Assembly: GCF_001194135.2 (NCBI RefSeq)
Contig: NC_068995.1
Location: 12,082,759 to 12,146,758 of the forward strand
From: Octopus bimaculoides
Lineage: Eukaryota
Length of the DNA stretch: 64,000 nt
Reading direction: 5' to 3'
The translations under genes were made by a program, and so were the position numbers. The notes below the pieces were generated by a model. It ran no database searches. It was given only the letters and a program-made list of their open reading frames with translations, and was not told the origin of the DNA. Shown here piece by piece: positions 49,440 to 64,000 of this stretch (within the stretch, counting starts at the first letter, position 1; each line of letters starts with the position of its first letter).

Positions 49440-51165
49440 TTGCACAAGGCCGTCAACTGTGGCTGAGGGGTCATGTCAACCTCATCGACCTCCCTCAGTT
49501 CTCAACTGGTGCTTATTTCGTCACACGTGAAAAGATGAAAAGCTGAGTCAGCTTCAGCGGAATTTGGTTTCAGGTGTAACCGGATGAAATGTCGTTAAGC
49601 ATTGTTGGCGGTTGTGCTAAAGACTCCGAAAGTTCATTACGTTTATGGTGAGGATGGATATCAACTGGTATAAATCTTACCTAATCCCAGTGAGATAATA
49701 TTTAAAAATTGATCCTGCGGTGCTTTGAAAATCACAAACTAGACATAAGCTTCGAGTATATAAATATAAACAAACAGTTATTTAAATTTGTTTGTTCGCT
49801 TGTTTTTTAAGCTTTGAAATGGGCATTGCAAAATACAAATAAGATGATAATTCATCTTCAAACAACAGAAACGACATTAGAACAGCAAAAATATTGGGTA
49901 AATTACCGTTACAGCTCGGAAAATTTGTCGACAAACAGCTATGTTGACAAATGTTCCGCTTTTTGAGAGGGAGTATTTTACCTAATATTTCTGCTGTTCT
50001 AACGGCGTTTCTTTGTTCGAAAATAAAATATCATCTTTCAATACACATAATCTTCCACCCTTAAACCTTTGAGTACCATTAGAAAGATCCACTATTTTAC
50101 AATCATTTGCACCAGTTCTCTAGGTTGTGAATGCTCTTTTTCCTCTCCTCTTTAGTGATTATTTAGCACTTTATGACGTACCATGACTATGCTGTTTAAA
50201 ATAATAATAATGATGACTATGCCGTTAAAAAAATAATAATAATAATAATAATAATTCTTTCTAATCTAGGCAGAAAGCCTTAAATTTTAGTGAGAGTGGG
50301 GCTAGTCGACCCCAGTGTTTTACTGGTAATTATTTCATCGACCCCGAAAAGATAAATGGCAAAGCCGACCTCAGCAGAGTTTGAACTCAGAACGTAAAGA
50401 CGGATGAAATGCTGGTAAGCATTTTGCCCTGCCTGCTAATGATTATGCTAGTTCACCACCTAATTGATTTCAGATTATTGAACAGTGCCACCAGTTTCAG
50501 TACAGGGGTTAAGTCGATTACATCAGCCCCAGTGCTCAACTGGTACTTATTTTATCGACCCCAAAAGGATGAAAGATAAAACTGACCTTGGCAGGATATG
50601 AACTCAGAATGTAAGGACGGACAAAATGCCGCTAAACAGTTCGCTCGGGTTACTCACGATCTTACCCAGTTCGCCGCCTTTATTATAATAGTAATAATAA
50701 TCCTTTCTGCTATAGCCAGAAGGTTTAAAATTCTGAGCAAGGGTGCTAGTTAATTATATCGACCCTAGTGTTCATCTGGTTCTTATTTCATCGGCCCCGG
50801 AAGGATAAAAGGCAAAGTAGATCTCGGCAGAATTTGAACTCAGGACTTAAGCTGCTAAGTGTTTTGTCCGGCATGCTAACGATTAGGCAACTTTCCGCGC
50901 TAAAATTAACACCAAATCTTTCTAAGGGGCAGAAGACCTGATTTTTTTTTAATTGGGAGGTTTCTCCATTATATCCACCTGAGTACGGCGCCCTAACCAT
51001 TGTGCCAGTTTGCCGAATTTATTGGATTATAATGTGTACACAAGGCAATTATATGGAGGTCGGAGGTTAGTTGATAGCCTTAGCGCCAGTACTTCAGTGG
51101 TGCTTTAATTTTATTGGCCGCAAAAAGATGTAGAGCAAATTTGACTTTGGCGCGATTTGAACTCG
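49440..51165 (-). mobile_element. Cluster of at least five co-oriented family-A SINEs
   Basis: Copies at ~49440, 50275, 50470, 50700 and 51040. Confidence 0.8.
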
Positions 51166-51632
51166 TTAAAATATTGTTCTGGAGTGATACCTTATTTTCG
51201 TGGTGATTTGGCAGAATAATTAGGGTTCAGTTTTGCGGCATTTGTTCCGGTGCCCTGCATTCTAAGTTTCAAATAACCCCCTGTCACTGAAAAACGATCA
51301 GACATCCATCTGGAGTTTCAATTTGACAACAAAGTTGTCCTTTCGCGTGTTAATAGTAAGTGTCTACTTGAAGAGATAATTTCTAAGGAAAGTCTAGAGT
51401 GGAAATGTGGACTGTTAGAAAATGTTCATAGACGCTTAAAAGGAAACTAATACCAACAAAAGGGACGGAAAACTTGATTTGGGGGTAACATGAATATATG
51501 TAGCTAAAATCTTAGCTTCACAAACACACAATTCTGTATTAGACCGATGATGAGGAACATTGAATAATTGAACTCTTACACATGTTTCATCTAAGAAAGT
51601 CTTTCGATACACACACGCATACACACCCCGCA

Positions 51633-51682
<50 letters not shown>

Positions 51683-51995
51683 ATATGCGTATTTATAGTG
51701 ATGTAAAGTGTATGGTCGAGTAGCTGTGTGTGTGTCTTTTTTATTTACGCGTGTGTATTTGTATGCATCTATGCATATATTAATGTATAGGTTAAACTAT
51801 GTATGTAAAGCATATATGTGTACATGTAAAACAAAATGTGTGTATGCTTATGTATGTGTGTGGGTAGAGTACGTAGGTGTAGGAGAGAAGATCAACACAG
51901 CACTCAATGCCTCTGAAGAGTGTTGGTTGCTTATGGTTATTGCAGCTGGCATCTCATATCTAGTTCCCGATCATCAAACATGATACGAACTGCAC

Positions 51996-52061
51996 CTTGA
52001 ATCCTGTTAGATCATCGGGGCACAAGAAATTTGAATCGCTAGAAGTGACGGGACGTACCAG
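51996..52061 (-). CDS. Candidate 66-nt exon (LVRPVTSSDSNFLCPDDLTGFK)
   Basis: Acceptor cgcttattgcag|, donor AAG|gtgcag; unique GC-richer island between microsatellites. Confidence 0.3.
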
Positions 52062-52134
52062 CTGCAATAAGCGTATGCATACACATACATGCAGGCATAT
52101 ATACACACACATACAAATATATATATATATATAT

Positions 52135-52209
<75 letters not shown>

Positions 52210-52293
52210 TACATACATACATATATATANNNNNNNNNNNNNNNNNNNNNNNNNNNNNNNNNNNNNNNNNNNNNNNNNNNNNNNNNNNNNNNN

Positions 52294-52327
<34 letters not shown>

Positions 52328-52372
52328 GCATATGTATATGCACATGTATGCATATAATTATACAGAGATACA

Positions 52373-52570
52373 AAGGCGGTGACGTGGCCGAAGCGTTAGT
52401 ACGCCGGGCGAAATGGTTAACGCTATTTCGTCTGCGCTAAGTTCTGAGTTCAAATTTGCTTTTCATCCTATCGGGGTCGATAAATTAAGTACTAGTGAAA
52501 CATTAGGAACAATGCTTTCGACTAGTCCACTCACAAATTTCAGGTCATATGCCTATACTAGAATGGGTTA
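52373..52570 (+). mobile_element. Family-A SINE
   Basis: ggcggtgacgtggccgaagcgttag...gttctgagttcaaat...ctttcatcctatcggggtcgataaa. Confidence 0.85.
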
Positions 52571-53699
52571 TTAATGAACAGGCAAAGATAAGATGTAGTG
52601 ACATTTGAACTTAGAACAACGAATATCAAAACCTATAAAAAAAATGGTATAATAATGCATTTTGACCGGTACTTTACCGTTACAGCCGTTCAGTAGAACG
52701 CTCTCTCTCACTCTCTGCCAATATAGCAGTTCTAATGGATTAATTATTCTTTTGCTTAGTTTTGGCACATTACCTACACCTCGTATAAAAGCCTGAAAAT
52801 TGTCTTGAAATAGTTGGCAAGCAACATTATTTGGAAATATTCCTGAAACTAATTAAAGCAAATGATATTTGAGGTGAAGATAATATTCCTCGTCTTGACT
52901 GAACAAGCGAACATCTACATCTATACATACATTAACGCACACAAACACACACAGAGACAAGCACACGCACATACATATAAACATACACACGTATGTATAT
53001 ATATATATATATTATATGTATACATATATATTACATACGTATACACACACACACAGACATACGTATGTCTATGTATTACTGTATTGTATTTAGTCATAGA
53101 GAAAGATATATTTAATAAACACCTGTGCACGTATATCATATTCATATATATTATGCACATGTTTATATTTGTACAGGTGCATGTTCGTTTTATAAACGCT
53201 AAAACAAATATACGATTACCACGTGTCTACAAATATTGTAGTACTAAGTTCCTGAGAGTTTGATACCCACAGGGCGGAAATCCCTTGTCCATCATACGTA
53301 ACTTTCCACCTAGTTGAGTTTAATATAAAACAATGTAATGTTTATGAATTTATTCTGCTTTTTTCTGTTTCTAGGTAATGGTTTCTGAGAATCAGGTGTA
53401 TCAGATAACAATAGGACTTTTATGTGACTGATAAACTTGCAAGAAATAAGTGATAAAATCTCCATCACATCAAACTCTACGACCTTTCACGAGGAGAAGA
53501 ACATACATCTGATATATAATACTAAACACAATATCTGAAAAAATAAACAAAAAAACAAAAAGAAACTTGTCTACAGCTGAAATTTATTTATTACAATGCT
53601 GCGCCTCAGGACACTCTTGGAGCCAAACAACACATTCTTGAACAACATCAATAATAACGTCAATGACAGTAGCAGCAACAACGTTAAGAATTGTATAAT

Positions 53700-54180
53700 T
53701 AGTAGAATGTACTTATTGTTAGCCTCTGAGGAATAAACTTCAGTGATTTATCGCATGAATATGTTAATTTATCATAAGTCTTCATAATGATTCGCCTCTC
53801 GTTATTTCGGAATGGACGAAGGCGTATACGCTCTACCGATAAGATATAATTAGACTGAAACATGTTTGAAGTTGTCTCCCACACTTATATGTGCGCCAAC
53901 ACGTAATGCCCCTCACAGTATCGGGAACATTAGAACACATACAACACGAACTTATTAAAATTTTGCACTGTTTTTGCTATGACATGCTTGGAATATTTAT
54001 TTCTCTTTAGAAGATCCCGAAATCTTTTTCTTTCCAGTAAGTGAAATCTAATATTGTAAAGTTCGTAAATTCCTTTGAAGCTATTAAAGGGTTTATGAAG
54101 ATAAGTGGAAGAGACACTAATGAGGAATAATGCAGTGTTTAGTTTAATATACTCGACCTGTTCATATAAGTACAATTCTC
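53700..54180 (-). mobile_element. Probable degenerate Penelope-like RT C-terminal fragment
   Basis: ...FKGIYELYNIRF...DLLKRNKYSKHVIAKTV resembles the PLE LxxNGYPxxxI motif. Confidence 0.35.
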
Positions 54181-55620
54181 ACAGCGTGGCGTATAAGTAT
54201 ATATTGCTAAAATAAAAGGCTACCATTTAGTTAATAGCTGCTAACAACCCTGCCATCAGATATTCTTAAACCGAATCCTTTATCTACTGTAAACCGAGAT
54301 TGTGTCCCAAAAGCAACGTACTCTTGATTTTTGTTTATTTCTTTTCAGTCGTCTTATCTTTATATACAGTGATAAAATTCACAGTGCATGAAGAATGAAT
54401 TTAGATAATTCAGAGTTTTATCTTGCTCTGCTTGTAGTCAACTATATGTTTATTTCGTTTCTTATCCTTTGCCAAACTAAAAAGCTTGTTTTGCTCATAA
54501 TCATATTATCGGTGTTCATCAACAACAAACAAACCGTTTATTAATGCTTTATTGCGACGGGTGGTGGTTGGCAGAGTCGCTAGAGAAACAGACAAAACGC
54601 TGTGTTTACTTTCTTAACTCAAACCATACCGCAATCGACTTTTAATTATATTTCCCTATTTTCACTCTACGATCGAAGTCGCCCAAGCTTAAGAATAGTA
54701 AAACCAGTGGAGAGATGAAGAGACCCTATGCCGTGTCTCTCTGTTTTCGGTTTAGGATCCTTCTGGATTAAAAGTTTAAAAAATATATATATATATGCAT
54801 ATATTATATATAATATATACATATATACAGATAGATATATCTTATATCATCTTATATTGTATTGCATTATATTATATGAGATATATATTTCAAAACTAGA
54901 CTATTTTCCTATATCCATAACCCAATTGATGTTTTATAGCTCACTACAGATAGACGTGGTTTTCGCAGACGCAATCAGCAGTTGGTGTTACTCAGTTACT
55001 TTCCGTTGCTCATACGGTCAACGCCTTCAGGGAACGCGTGAATATTCTTCATTTCTTATTAACTGTCCTCTAAAAAAAAAAGAAGTAAAAAAATATAAAA
55101 TAAAAACTTTGTTTCTAATCAAACGCCAAACCTGCGGAAAAGCCCAAAGCGAAATGTGAATTCCATCCTGTCTTAAAAATTATTACTCCACATCCGTTAC
55201 AGTAATTAAAGCATCTTCCAATTGGTGACTGAAAGATTCAAGCTTTTTCTAAGGCTGAAGTTGCTATTTGAATATGCGTGAATGCATCACCGTTTCAGGT
55301 TCCCGTTTCCCTATACCTATATGATTTTCGTTGCTGTTTAACCCCTATATCAGCGATGTATGGACAAACTTTTTACCAAAGTATTCAATCCGTGTTCACC
55401 GTATTTTTCTTAGGAATATTAGATCAACAAACACAATATTACACGCGCCCCCTTTTATCTGAGATGGCAGAGTTTATGATTTAAGGTGGTTTTGGCTGCT
55501 ATTTATGATAGGTCTCGGAGCCACATCCAGGTTTCTTTTTGGTGGGGAAGGATTTGGCCTCCACGAAATGAAACGGAGATTGATAGATAATATAATGACA
55601 TGTTTGGTATTTATTTCTGC

Positions 55621-55671
<51 letters not shown>

Positions 55672-55672
<1 letters not shown>

Positions 55673-56075
55673 GAAAAGTGAAGTAGCTTACTTATCGACC
55701 CATCATGCCCGTTTGATTCAAGGATCATAAAAAAAGGAAGAAAATCAACGAAAATACAATCCCTTAAGATTTGAAATGGGAAGAGTTTGGAGCACACTAA
55801 CAGTATAAAGGTCGTGCCTATAATAATTGGTGCGAGGGAAAGAGTAAGCCAAGATATAGACAAATGGTTGAAGGAGACTGAAGTAGAATGCCTGGTAGAG
55901 CTCCTACAGAAAGTTTGTTTGTTAGAGACAGCAAGGATTATCAAGAGGTTTCTAAGTACTTGAAAGACTGCCAAATACGTATGGATACCTAAGGTTATAG
56001 GTAGTAACCCGCTACCCATATAAATCCTACTAGGAATAAGACGAAATAGCAGCCTCGCTTCTATAATAATACAGA
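55672..56075 (+). mobile_element. 3' fragment of an R4/Dong-like LINE (restriction-like endonuclease)
   Basis: LIDPSCPFD, KYNPLRFEMGRVW, VVPIIIGA, LLQKVCLLETARIIKRFLST*; starts directly after (AAT)n. Confidence 0.8.
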
Positions 56076-56269
56076 GAAATTGACAGACAATGACTACAAT
56101 GAACTCTACAATGCAACACTCCAGTGCAACCCCTTCTCCCCCAAAAAGAACATACAGAAATAAACTCATACAATAAATACCCAATAACATTAACAAAACC
56201 TACAAGTGACATACAGGCCCGGTACCCAACAGGAGAAAGCAGCATGCTATGAAGAAACAACACACAATA

Positions 56270-56490
56270 GGCGAGGAGGTAGAATCGTTAGCCCGCCCGG
56301 CGAAATGCTTAGCGGTATTTCGTTTGCCGCTACATTCTGAGTTCAAATTCAGCCGAGGTCGACTTTGCCTTTCATCCTTTCGGGGTCGATTAAATAAGTG
56401 TCAGTTACGTACTGGAGTCGACTTGATCCGTTTATCTGTCCTTGTTTGTCCCCTCTGTGTGTAGCCCTTAGTGGGCAGTAAAGAAATAAA
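56270..56490 (+). mobile_element. Family-A SINE, well preserved
   Basis: gagttcaaattcagccgaggtcgactttgcctttcatcctttcggggtcgattaaataagt plus long tail. Confidence 0.9.
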
Positions 56491-56699
56491 AAACAACACA
56501 CAATACAAACACTAATACAACAGAAGACGCAAATCATACGCCCAAAACAAAACATACTCGCCGAACGGAAGAACAAAATATATACTGCGTACCTCACCAG
56601 AACGAGAGTACAGCAAGTGACGTAATAGAAAATTGCTTGAAACTATCTGATGTCAAATAATAACTGTGGTGATGACGATGGTGACGAACATTAACTTAC

Positions 56700-57150
56700 C
56701 TCAGTTTATGAGAGACAAGACGTTAACATTCAGGTTGAAAGAGTAATAGAAGCTAGAAAGGCTTGATTTAGTAGCAGTAGCCAAAGGGAATAGAAACTGC
56801 TAGATAAAGGACTTTACAGTTTCAAACGATAAGTCAATATGAGCGGTATAGAGAAAGCAGCAAATTGCAAGGGCCTACCCATTGAGATACATAGAGCACG
56901 AAAAGTGAGGGGTCAAATGTATCGCTGTAGTTATAGGTGCATTAAGAGCACCTAATGAATTGAACAGATGGATAGAGGAAATAGGCATACAAGCTAGTTT
57001 AGGAGTGTTCCAGAAGATAGTCCTTTTAGGGACAGCAAGAATACTTAGGAGGGTTCTTGGAATCTAATGTTTCTTGTAGCCTGATGTTAGGAATTACTTT
57101 TTTCTTTTCCAATAGTTTAATCTCTTGTGTGTATATGAAATAATAATAAT
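56700..57150 (+). mobile_element. Second R4/Dong-like endonuclease 3' fragment
   Basis: IAVVIGALRAPNELNRWIEEIGIQASLGVFQKIVLLGTARILRRVLGI*; followed by (AAT)n. Confidence 0.8.
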
Positions 57151-57234
57151 GATAAAAAAGGTTCCCGAGATTTGAGGAGACTTGTTGGCACCAAACTTCA
57201 AGATAATATCCTTGCTAACTAAATTAGCATGCAG

Positions 57235-57238
57235 CAGC

Positions 57239-57285
<47 letters not shown>

Positions 57286-57310
57286 GAGGAGGAGGAGGAG
57301 GAGGATAATG

Positions 57311-57374
<64 letters not shown>

Positions 57375-58060
57375 TAGTAATAATAATAATAACGAGAGAT
57401 TAAACCACTGCCAAAGCAACAACAAATTAAAATGAACCTTGGATACGGTAAACAAAAAAATACGTTGTATTATTAGGTTTATAACACCAAGATTGAGCAA
57501 ATGCTACCATACCTTGCAGATTTAGGTCACTAAAAATCCTGAGGATATAAAATAATGCAGGATGTAATTAGCAAAAAATATTATCATTGAAAGTAACACA
57601 AGAACAACAGCAGCAGCGGCAGCAGCAGCAGTAGCAGTAGCAGCAGCAACAGAATCAATAACAGTACTAATAATACTTATTGTTATTGTTGTTGTTATTA
57701 TTAGGATTATTACTAAGGTGCCAACCATCATCACCACCAAAATCACCACCATCATTGGCATGATAATGAAACCGCTGCTGCGGCTGCTACTGCGGCTGCT
57801 GCTGCTGTTGATGATGATGATGATGATCACGATGATCATGATGACGATAATGAGGATGATGTTGATGATTTTCATTATCACCATCAGCATCATCATCACT
57901 ATTATTATTACTATTATTATTGTTGTTGTTGTTATCGTTCTGCTGTCCCTGTGGCAAATAAAAGAAATTCTTATTGTCATTATCATTATTATTATTGTTA
58001 TTAATATTAGTATTAAAATTATTATCATTATTATCGTTATTATTTTTATTAGAATTATTT
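57235..58060. repeat. (AAT)n / (GAG)n / (CAG)n / (GAT)n / (ATT)n compound microsatellite
   Basis: Direct inspection. Confidence 0.95.
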
Positions 58061-58730
58061 TATTGTGAGAGACGTAGCTCAAAGACAAGATAAGTGAAAT
58101 TTCTTTTGGATGATCTCGCAACCGAAATTAAAACCATTGAGAAAACCGGAAAAATCTCAAAGAATTAGCCGTAAAGACAACTTCTGCGAGAGAGGGAAAG
58201 TGAAAGTGTGAACGAGAGAGAGAGAAAGAGATAACTCAATACGAAATGGAATATTCTGAAATAACAGAAATAATACGTTACAATACAATTTTAATGTCGT
58301 AAACTTCAAAGTAAAAAGCATATTGTAATTAAAAATGTTATTGGGAGAATTGCCAGTAGGCATACACTATGGAATGAATAAAATATTACGATGAACAGAC
58401 ATAAACAAAATGCTTATTTTATACCTGATTTCTTTCAATTTCTCTTGAAATAAAATAGATTCTTCTCAAATCAAGCAACATATTAAATCCTCCAGTTGTG
58501 GTTATAAAGCAAGAAAAATATAAACGAGAAAAAGTGAAAAACGCTTAAGGAATTCCTGATATTGCAAAAATTAAATATGACATATATNNNNNNNNNNNNN
58601 NNNNNNNNNNNNNNNNNNNNNNNNNNNNNNNNNNNNNNNNNNNNNNNNNNNNNNNNNNNNNNNNNNNNNNNNNNNNNNNNNNNNNNNNNNNNNNNNNNNN
58701 NNNNNNNNNNNNNNNNNNNNNNNNNNNNNN

Positions 58731-58765
<35 letters not shown>

Positions 58766-60667
58766 ATATGTATATATATCCCTCCTCATTGCAAAATTAT
58801 TTTAATAATTGCTTCTTATATGGCATGAAGCCTGAACATTTTTAAGGATATGTGAGGGGAAGTAATGCAGGCAATGAGAGAGCCGGAAGGAAGCTTATCT
58901 TTATATTACTCTGTTCGACAACAATGTTCGCTCAGTTGTAAATGTAAATACTTTTTTCACAAGGTACACAACCCCACAGAAGATGCTAGTGGCTCAGTGG
59001 TTAGGATACACGAAAACTCGCGTTGATGTTGGCAATTTATATAATTCGTTCGGTTAGGGTGGTGAGGGATTGATACGTAGGACAACGAAGTAAATATACA
59101 GTTTGAAGTAGGGTGTTACATCCTATTACATCTGAGTTCAAATCCCGCTCAAGTCTTTATTTCATGACTGATAAAATAGAGCCAGAATAGGTCGCCGCTT
59201 AATTGATCAACCATATTCTTCCCAAAAAATTTATGACTTTGTGTCTGTGATTGATTGATCCGATAGAGCAATCAATTAAATGTCATCTGATATTAATTAT
59301 ATGCGTTTTACGAGTTCAAATTGTGGTGAAATGTCAAGTGACAGACACAGGCACTGGTTATTATTCACTTATTTTATTATTATTAGCCAGTTCTTAAGCA
59401 TTTATCAAATTGGCCACCCGACTGTTTGATTAATCGTTCTATTAATCAAAAATCTTTGTCAAATTCTTTTGTACCACACACGGACTCGTCAATATCATGC
59501 CCTAACTTTTCTTGAGACTGTTAAATATGATTCACTCGACCCTCATTTTCTCGTCAAAATGTACGATCTTTTGCCCGTATCAGAAACCATCATTTCACTA
59601 TCACTACATTTTGTGTATAAGCAAGTCAACTTTGACCTTGTCTATTTACCTCTAAACATACATCATGAAGCCAAAACCTCTAGCACCATTAAGCAACGAT
59701 GTTACTATATTATTATTTCGTAGGTGCCTCCTTCACTTTTCGCTTCTATAGAAATACAATTTCCAAAGCGCGAGCTTTTCCAGGATATTCAGCCCAAAAA
59801 TTAAAATCTAGATTCTAGATTCTGCGACTATATATTATACAAACACCAATATAGAAGGGATTATTGGGATTAGAACAGAGAAGGGGTAACGTTCATCTTT
59901 CAGTACTTAGCAGTTATTATTTGATACTCTCCTCAATTATCATTTAATAAAACTATCAAACAACTCTAGATAGTTTCTGTCTTTTATTTTTTCGAATAAA
60001 ACTACTGGACTGGACGATATAATACCTTCTATCGGTTTGTAGGGAAATTAATCTCAACACAGCAAACTATAAAACGCTCATAAATTTTACACTTGTGCCG
60101 TATTTATAATGACCGACTATATTTCTCTGTGGTACTTAATTCGGACATTGTGAGTTAAGCATCTTGGCTATCGACACAGATGGGTAAATTGATAGATTCG
60201 TCTCTTGCAGTTGCTGGAAATAAATTCACGGATTAAGAAGATAAGAAGTAGAAGGAATGCCAAAGCTGATCAACTCGAGGATCTTCCCAACAAACGATAG
60301 GATAGATAAATATGTAGATAGGTAGATACCTAGATAGATAGATAGAGATGTTATATATACATATACACACGCGCGCGCACAAAACAATCACCCACACACA
60401 CACACATACACACACAAACACACACGCATATATCATATATACTTACGCACTCAATTATGCGTCCACTCAACCAATAGCAGAAACAACTGTAAGATAATGA
60501 TGTTCATAAGATAATTGTTTATTCTTCTGTCATCTATTTATCTATATCTATATCTATATATNNNNNNNNNNNNNNNNNNNNNNNNNNNNNNNNNNNNNNN
60601 NNNNNNNNNNNNNNNNNNNNNNNNNNNNNNNNNNNNNNNNNNNNNNNNNNNNNNNNNNNNNNNNNNA

Positions 60668-60757
60668 TATATACAATGGGATTCTTTCAGTTTTCGTCTA
60701 CCAAATCCGCTCACAAGGTTTTGGTCACTCTAAGACCGTGGTAGAAGACACTTGCCG
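60668..60757 (-). mobile_element. 3' fragment of the same CORE-SINE family
   Basis: ttctttcagttttcgtctaccaaatccgctcacaagg...gtagaagacacttgcc. Confidence 0.8.
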
Positions 60758-62589
60758 AGGATACGATCGAAATATAATATGAATATAAATATTCTAAATA
60801 CATAAATTAGATTAAAAGACTGGAAAATTATGATTTTATTGTAATATTTTATTGTTTTTTTTTTTTGTTTTTTGTTTTGATATTCCCAGTATTCAAGCGT
60901 GGCTTTAATATTTAGTGCACAGCCATAAAACGTCATTGTACAATGCTTGCATTAGTTGCTTGTACAAACATTTATTCTGAGAACAGCTACCCACACTGCT
61001 TATCAAACACTTCAGTGATGTTGGACTAACGTAACTTGAGCTCTCGAAACATTAATGTCAATTAACAATGGAACTATATTTAATAACTAACTAATGTTAT
61101 GTTCATTTGACAACACTCGCAATATTCTCTTGAGAGAACAATGTGTTACAACCGATATTTACGCTCAAAGATATGACCTTCATATTACAAGCTGCATATT
61201 AATAAATTTCATACACAACATGTTTAGTCTTTCTGTGAAGTTAAGTCTAGCTTATAATTCACATCTAACGAGTTTTGACTTAATATTTCTATTGCAACAA
61301 GAAAATCTATTTCCATATATATATATATATATATATATATGTAATATATTAGTTATATTGCTCAAACACAAATCTCATAGTTGCTGTTGTTGTCGTCGTC
61401 GACGTTGTCATTTTTGTTGCCCACGCCATAGATAAGCTCAGACCAAGCAAATTTATGATCAAAGCAAGTTCACTAATGACCATCACGTTTATTTTTGGAT
61501 ATAATTTCCTCTACGTTTATATTATTTAGTATTTATCTCTCTGGTTTCGGCTGTAGAAAACAAATCTGTGACAAAGCCCTCCACAATGCCGATCACCTCC
61601 GAAACAGATAACATTCTATTGAAAAAGTCGCAAATTAATGATTGCAAAAAAGAAAAACACGTCTTCAAAGGATTAAAGTTCTAGCGTGCAAGATTGGCGT
61701 GCCATCTACTTTATTAGTATGCTGTTGAAGGTGGCAAAATTACGACTACACATGGAGATGGGTGTGCAGCGCACACGTACCACACTCAGAATATACACCC
61801 CGATAAAAATTATATACATAGAAGTATATACGTAGAAGGATATACATTAGGAGCGTATAACAGAAGAAATTTCGGCGAGAGAATCTTACAGAAGTCTCCT
61901 CATGGATATTCAGTGAATATAGGATACTAAGAATCCGATAACTGACAATGGTACCGGTTCTTTCTTAGTCACGTACTCCCTTACTGAAGGCAAGTTCAGC
62001 CTCGAATTAATTACGAGCATGACAAACTCCATTTCAGTATAGTAGATTGATTAACTACTTAGCCGTATGGTGTCACTTCTGTTGCTAGAAGTACATCGCC
62101 ATTTTCTTTAGTGTAAATGTTTAGTGGTCAATCAAACTTTCCAGGAATAAGAACAAAACTAACACATGCTATTTGTCAATTAGTTTCTTCTTCTTTCTTA
62201 ATTTTGTAGACAATTTATCTAAATGATGTAGTTCAAAATTTTCCAGCCATATTCTTCAAATTTCCGCCCTGTATATAATTAGAAAATGCAACAACGGTTT
62301 AAAATAAACACACACACACACAAGCACACACATAGACACACACACACACGCACACGCGCATATTTGTGCGCACGCACGCACACACATACACACACACATA
62401 AATATATGCATATATAAATATATATACACACACACATGTATATGTATACATATATACATATGTACATGGGTTTGTATGAAGCTGTGTTGACGCTAATCAA
62501 ATTGCTATTAACAAATAAATGAATACACACATATATGTACGTGTATACATGTATGTGTGTCTATGAGCATAAAATCATCCTGTCTGTTT

Positions 62590-62790
62590 TAAGCAAGCTA
62601 GCAGAATGGTTAGCATGCGGAGAAAAATACTTAGCGGCATTTTGTCCGTTCTGTGTTCTAGTCTTGACAAGCTCGACTTTGTCTTTTATCCCGTCAGAGT
62701 CAATAAAATAAGTACCATTTGAGTACTGGGGTCGATATAATCGACTTCCCCCTTATCCACAATTGCCACTCTTCTTCCAAAATTTGAAAC
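62590..62790 (+). mobile_element. Family-A SINE, degenerate
   Basis: gctagcagaatggttagc...tcgactttgtcttttatcccgtcagagtcaataaaataagtacc. Confidence 0.75.
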
Positions 62791-63728
62791 CAACATAGTA
62801 CTAATAAATGACGCACATTTATAAAATAACGTCCCGAAATTTTCACCCTTATTCCTATACGCGAAATGCACATACCATAAACTAGTTTTGTTCCTCATGT
62901 TCACTACTATAGGGTAATTTTAATCTAGACAACCCCTCGTCCTTAGCCTCCATCAATAAGGATTACTTACTTTCCGTATACAGCAATGTTTTCTGCTTAA
63001 GATATTCTTGTGACGTTTTGTAAAGTACTTTTAATGTAAATATCGACTATCTGGTCTACTGATTTTAACTCGTTTGCTGACGTCATTAATCCACGAAAAC
63101 ATCCTGCTTCTAAAATTGTTTGCCTTACATCTAAACAGAGTGATTCGGGTTCGATTACTAAGGTGACAGTCAGTTCATGTTTGGAACGCTGCCAAATATT
63201 CTTGCAAGATAATGTTAGAGTGCTTGAAATATTACATGCCTTAATGCACTAAAAAATGTAAAATATTCCTTCCTGAATATCTGCTGTTGTGATTGAAGTG
63301 CGTCTTTTATGCTATCAAATACGTTTATTTGTTAGTTTCTTGATTACATGCTGCATCAGTGAATTGAAATTTAATCTTAAATTTATTTACATCAAGACAA
63401 ATTTCATTTTTGCATAACAGGAATGATTAACTATCTAACAGTATGATAACATTTATATTGCTAAAAGAAGAAAAAAAACGTCTTTATATTTTAACAGAAG
63501 AAAATTGATAGAGTTCTCCTTAGTCAAGGAAATCAGATGTGTGCATGCCATTTGTCAATTATTTTTCATGAGATATTTTATTCGGAAGTTGTTGGTTAAA
63601 TTGTGTGACTCATCATTTGTCTTGTGATGTTTTTCAAATATTTCGTTGCTATATATACATCTCCATTAAAACCAACATATTGAATGAAAAGTTGATGTCG
63701 CTATATGTTTAAGCACCATGCATAACTA

Positions 63729-63771
<43 letters not shown>

Positions 63772-64000
63772 CGAATGATTTGTTATGTTTGTCTATTTAT
63801 AATGGCTAAAGAAATTTATGTATCTTTATAAACAGATACATAAGAAAATTCTATGTCTATAGCTATTTATTTATCTATATCTATATATATATAACATACG
63901 CACACAAGCGCATATAATTATATATATTTGTGAGTCTGTGTGTTTCTGTGTGTATGTGCATGTACATATGTAAAGAGACGTAGTAAAATAAATATACAAA

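Noticed and set aside
54940-55075. Plus-strand SVTFRCSYGQRLQG, Sushi/CCP-like
   Set aside because: Lacks the remaining conserved Cys/Trp spacing and has no supporting neighbour exons

Overview
AT-rich, microsatellite-dense animal genomic DNA with about 12 assembly gaps. The SINE families and repeat profile suggest a coleoid cephalopod, probably Octopus (inference). There is no long intact ORF, no rRNA, no functional tRNA and no CRISPR array; nearly all ORF-track entries are microsatellite or N-gap artefacts. Contents: (i) many tRNA-derived SINEs of several families; (ii) decayed LINE fragments (RTE RT, R4/Dong-like RT and endonuclease, HERO-like C-terminus, probable Penelope pieces); (iii) hammerhead-ribozyme-like motifs in three unrelated repeats, including a near-canonical type I hammerhead heading a ~200-nt hairpin-rich element at 35.2 kb; (iv) a string of phase-compatible candidate exons on the minus strand (best at 21.5-22.3 kb) encoding a protein I cannot name; (v) a micro-exon cluster and a 169-bp triplication near the left end. 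All exon calls are by eye and need RNA-seq confirmation.
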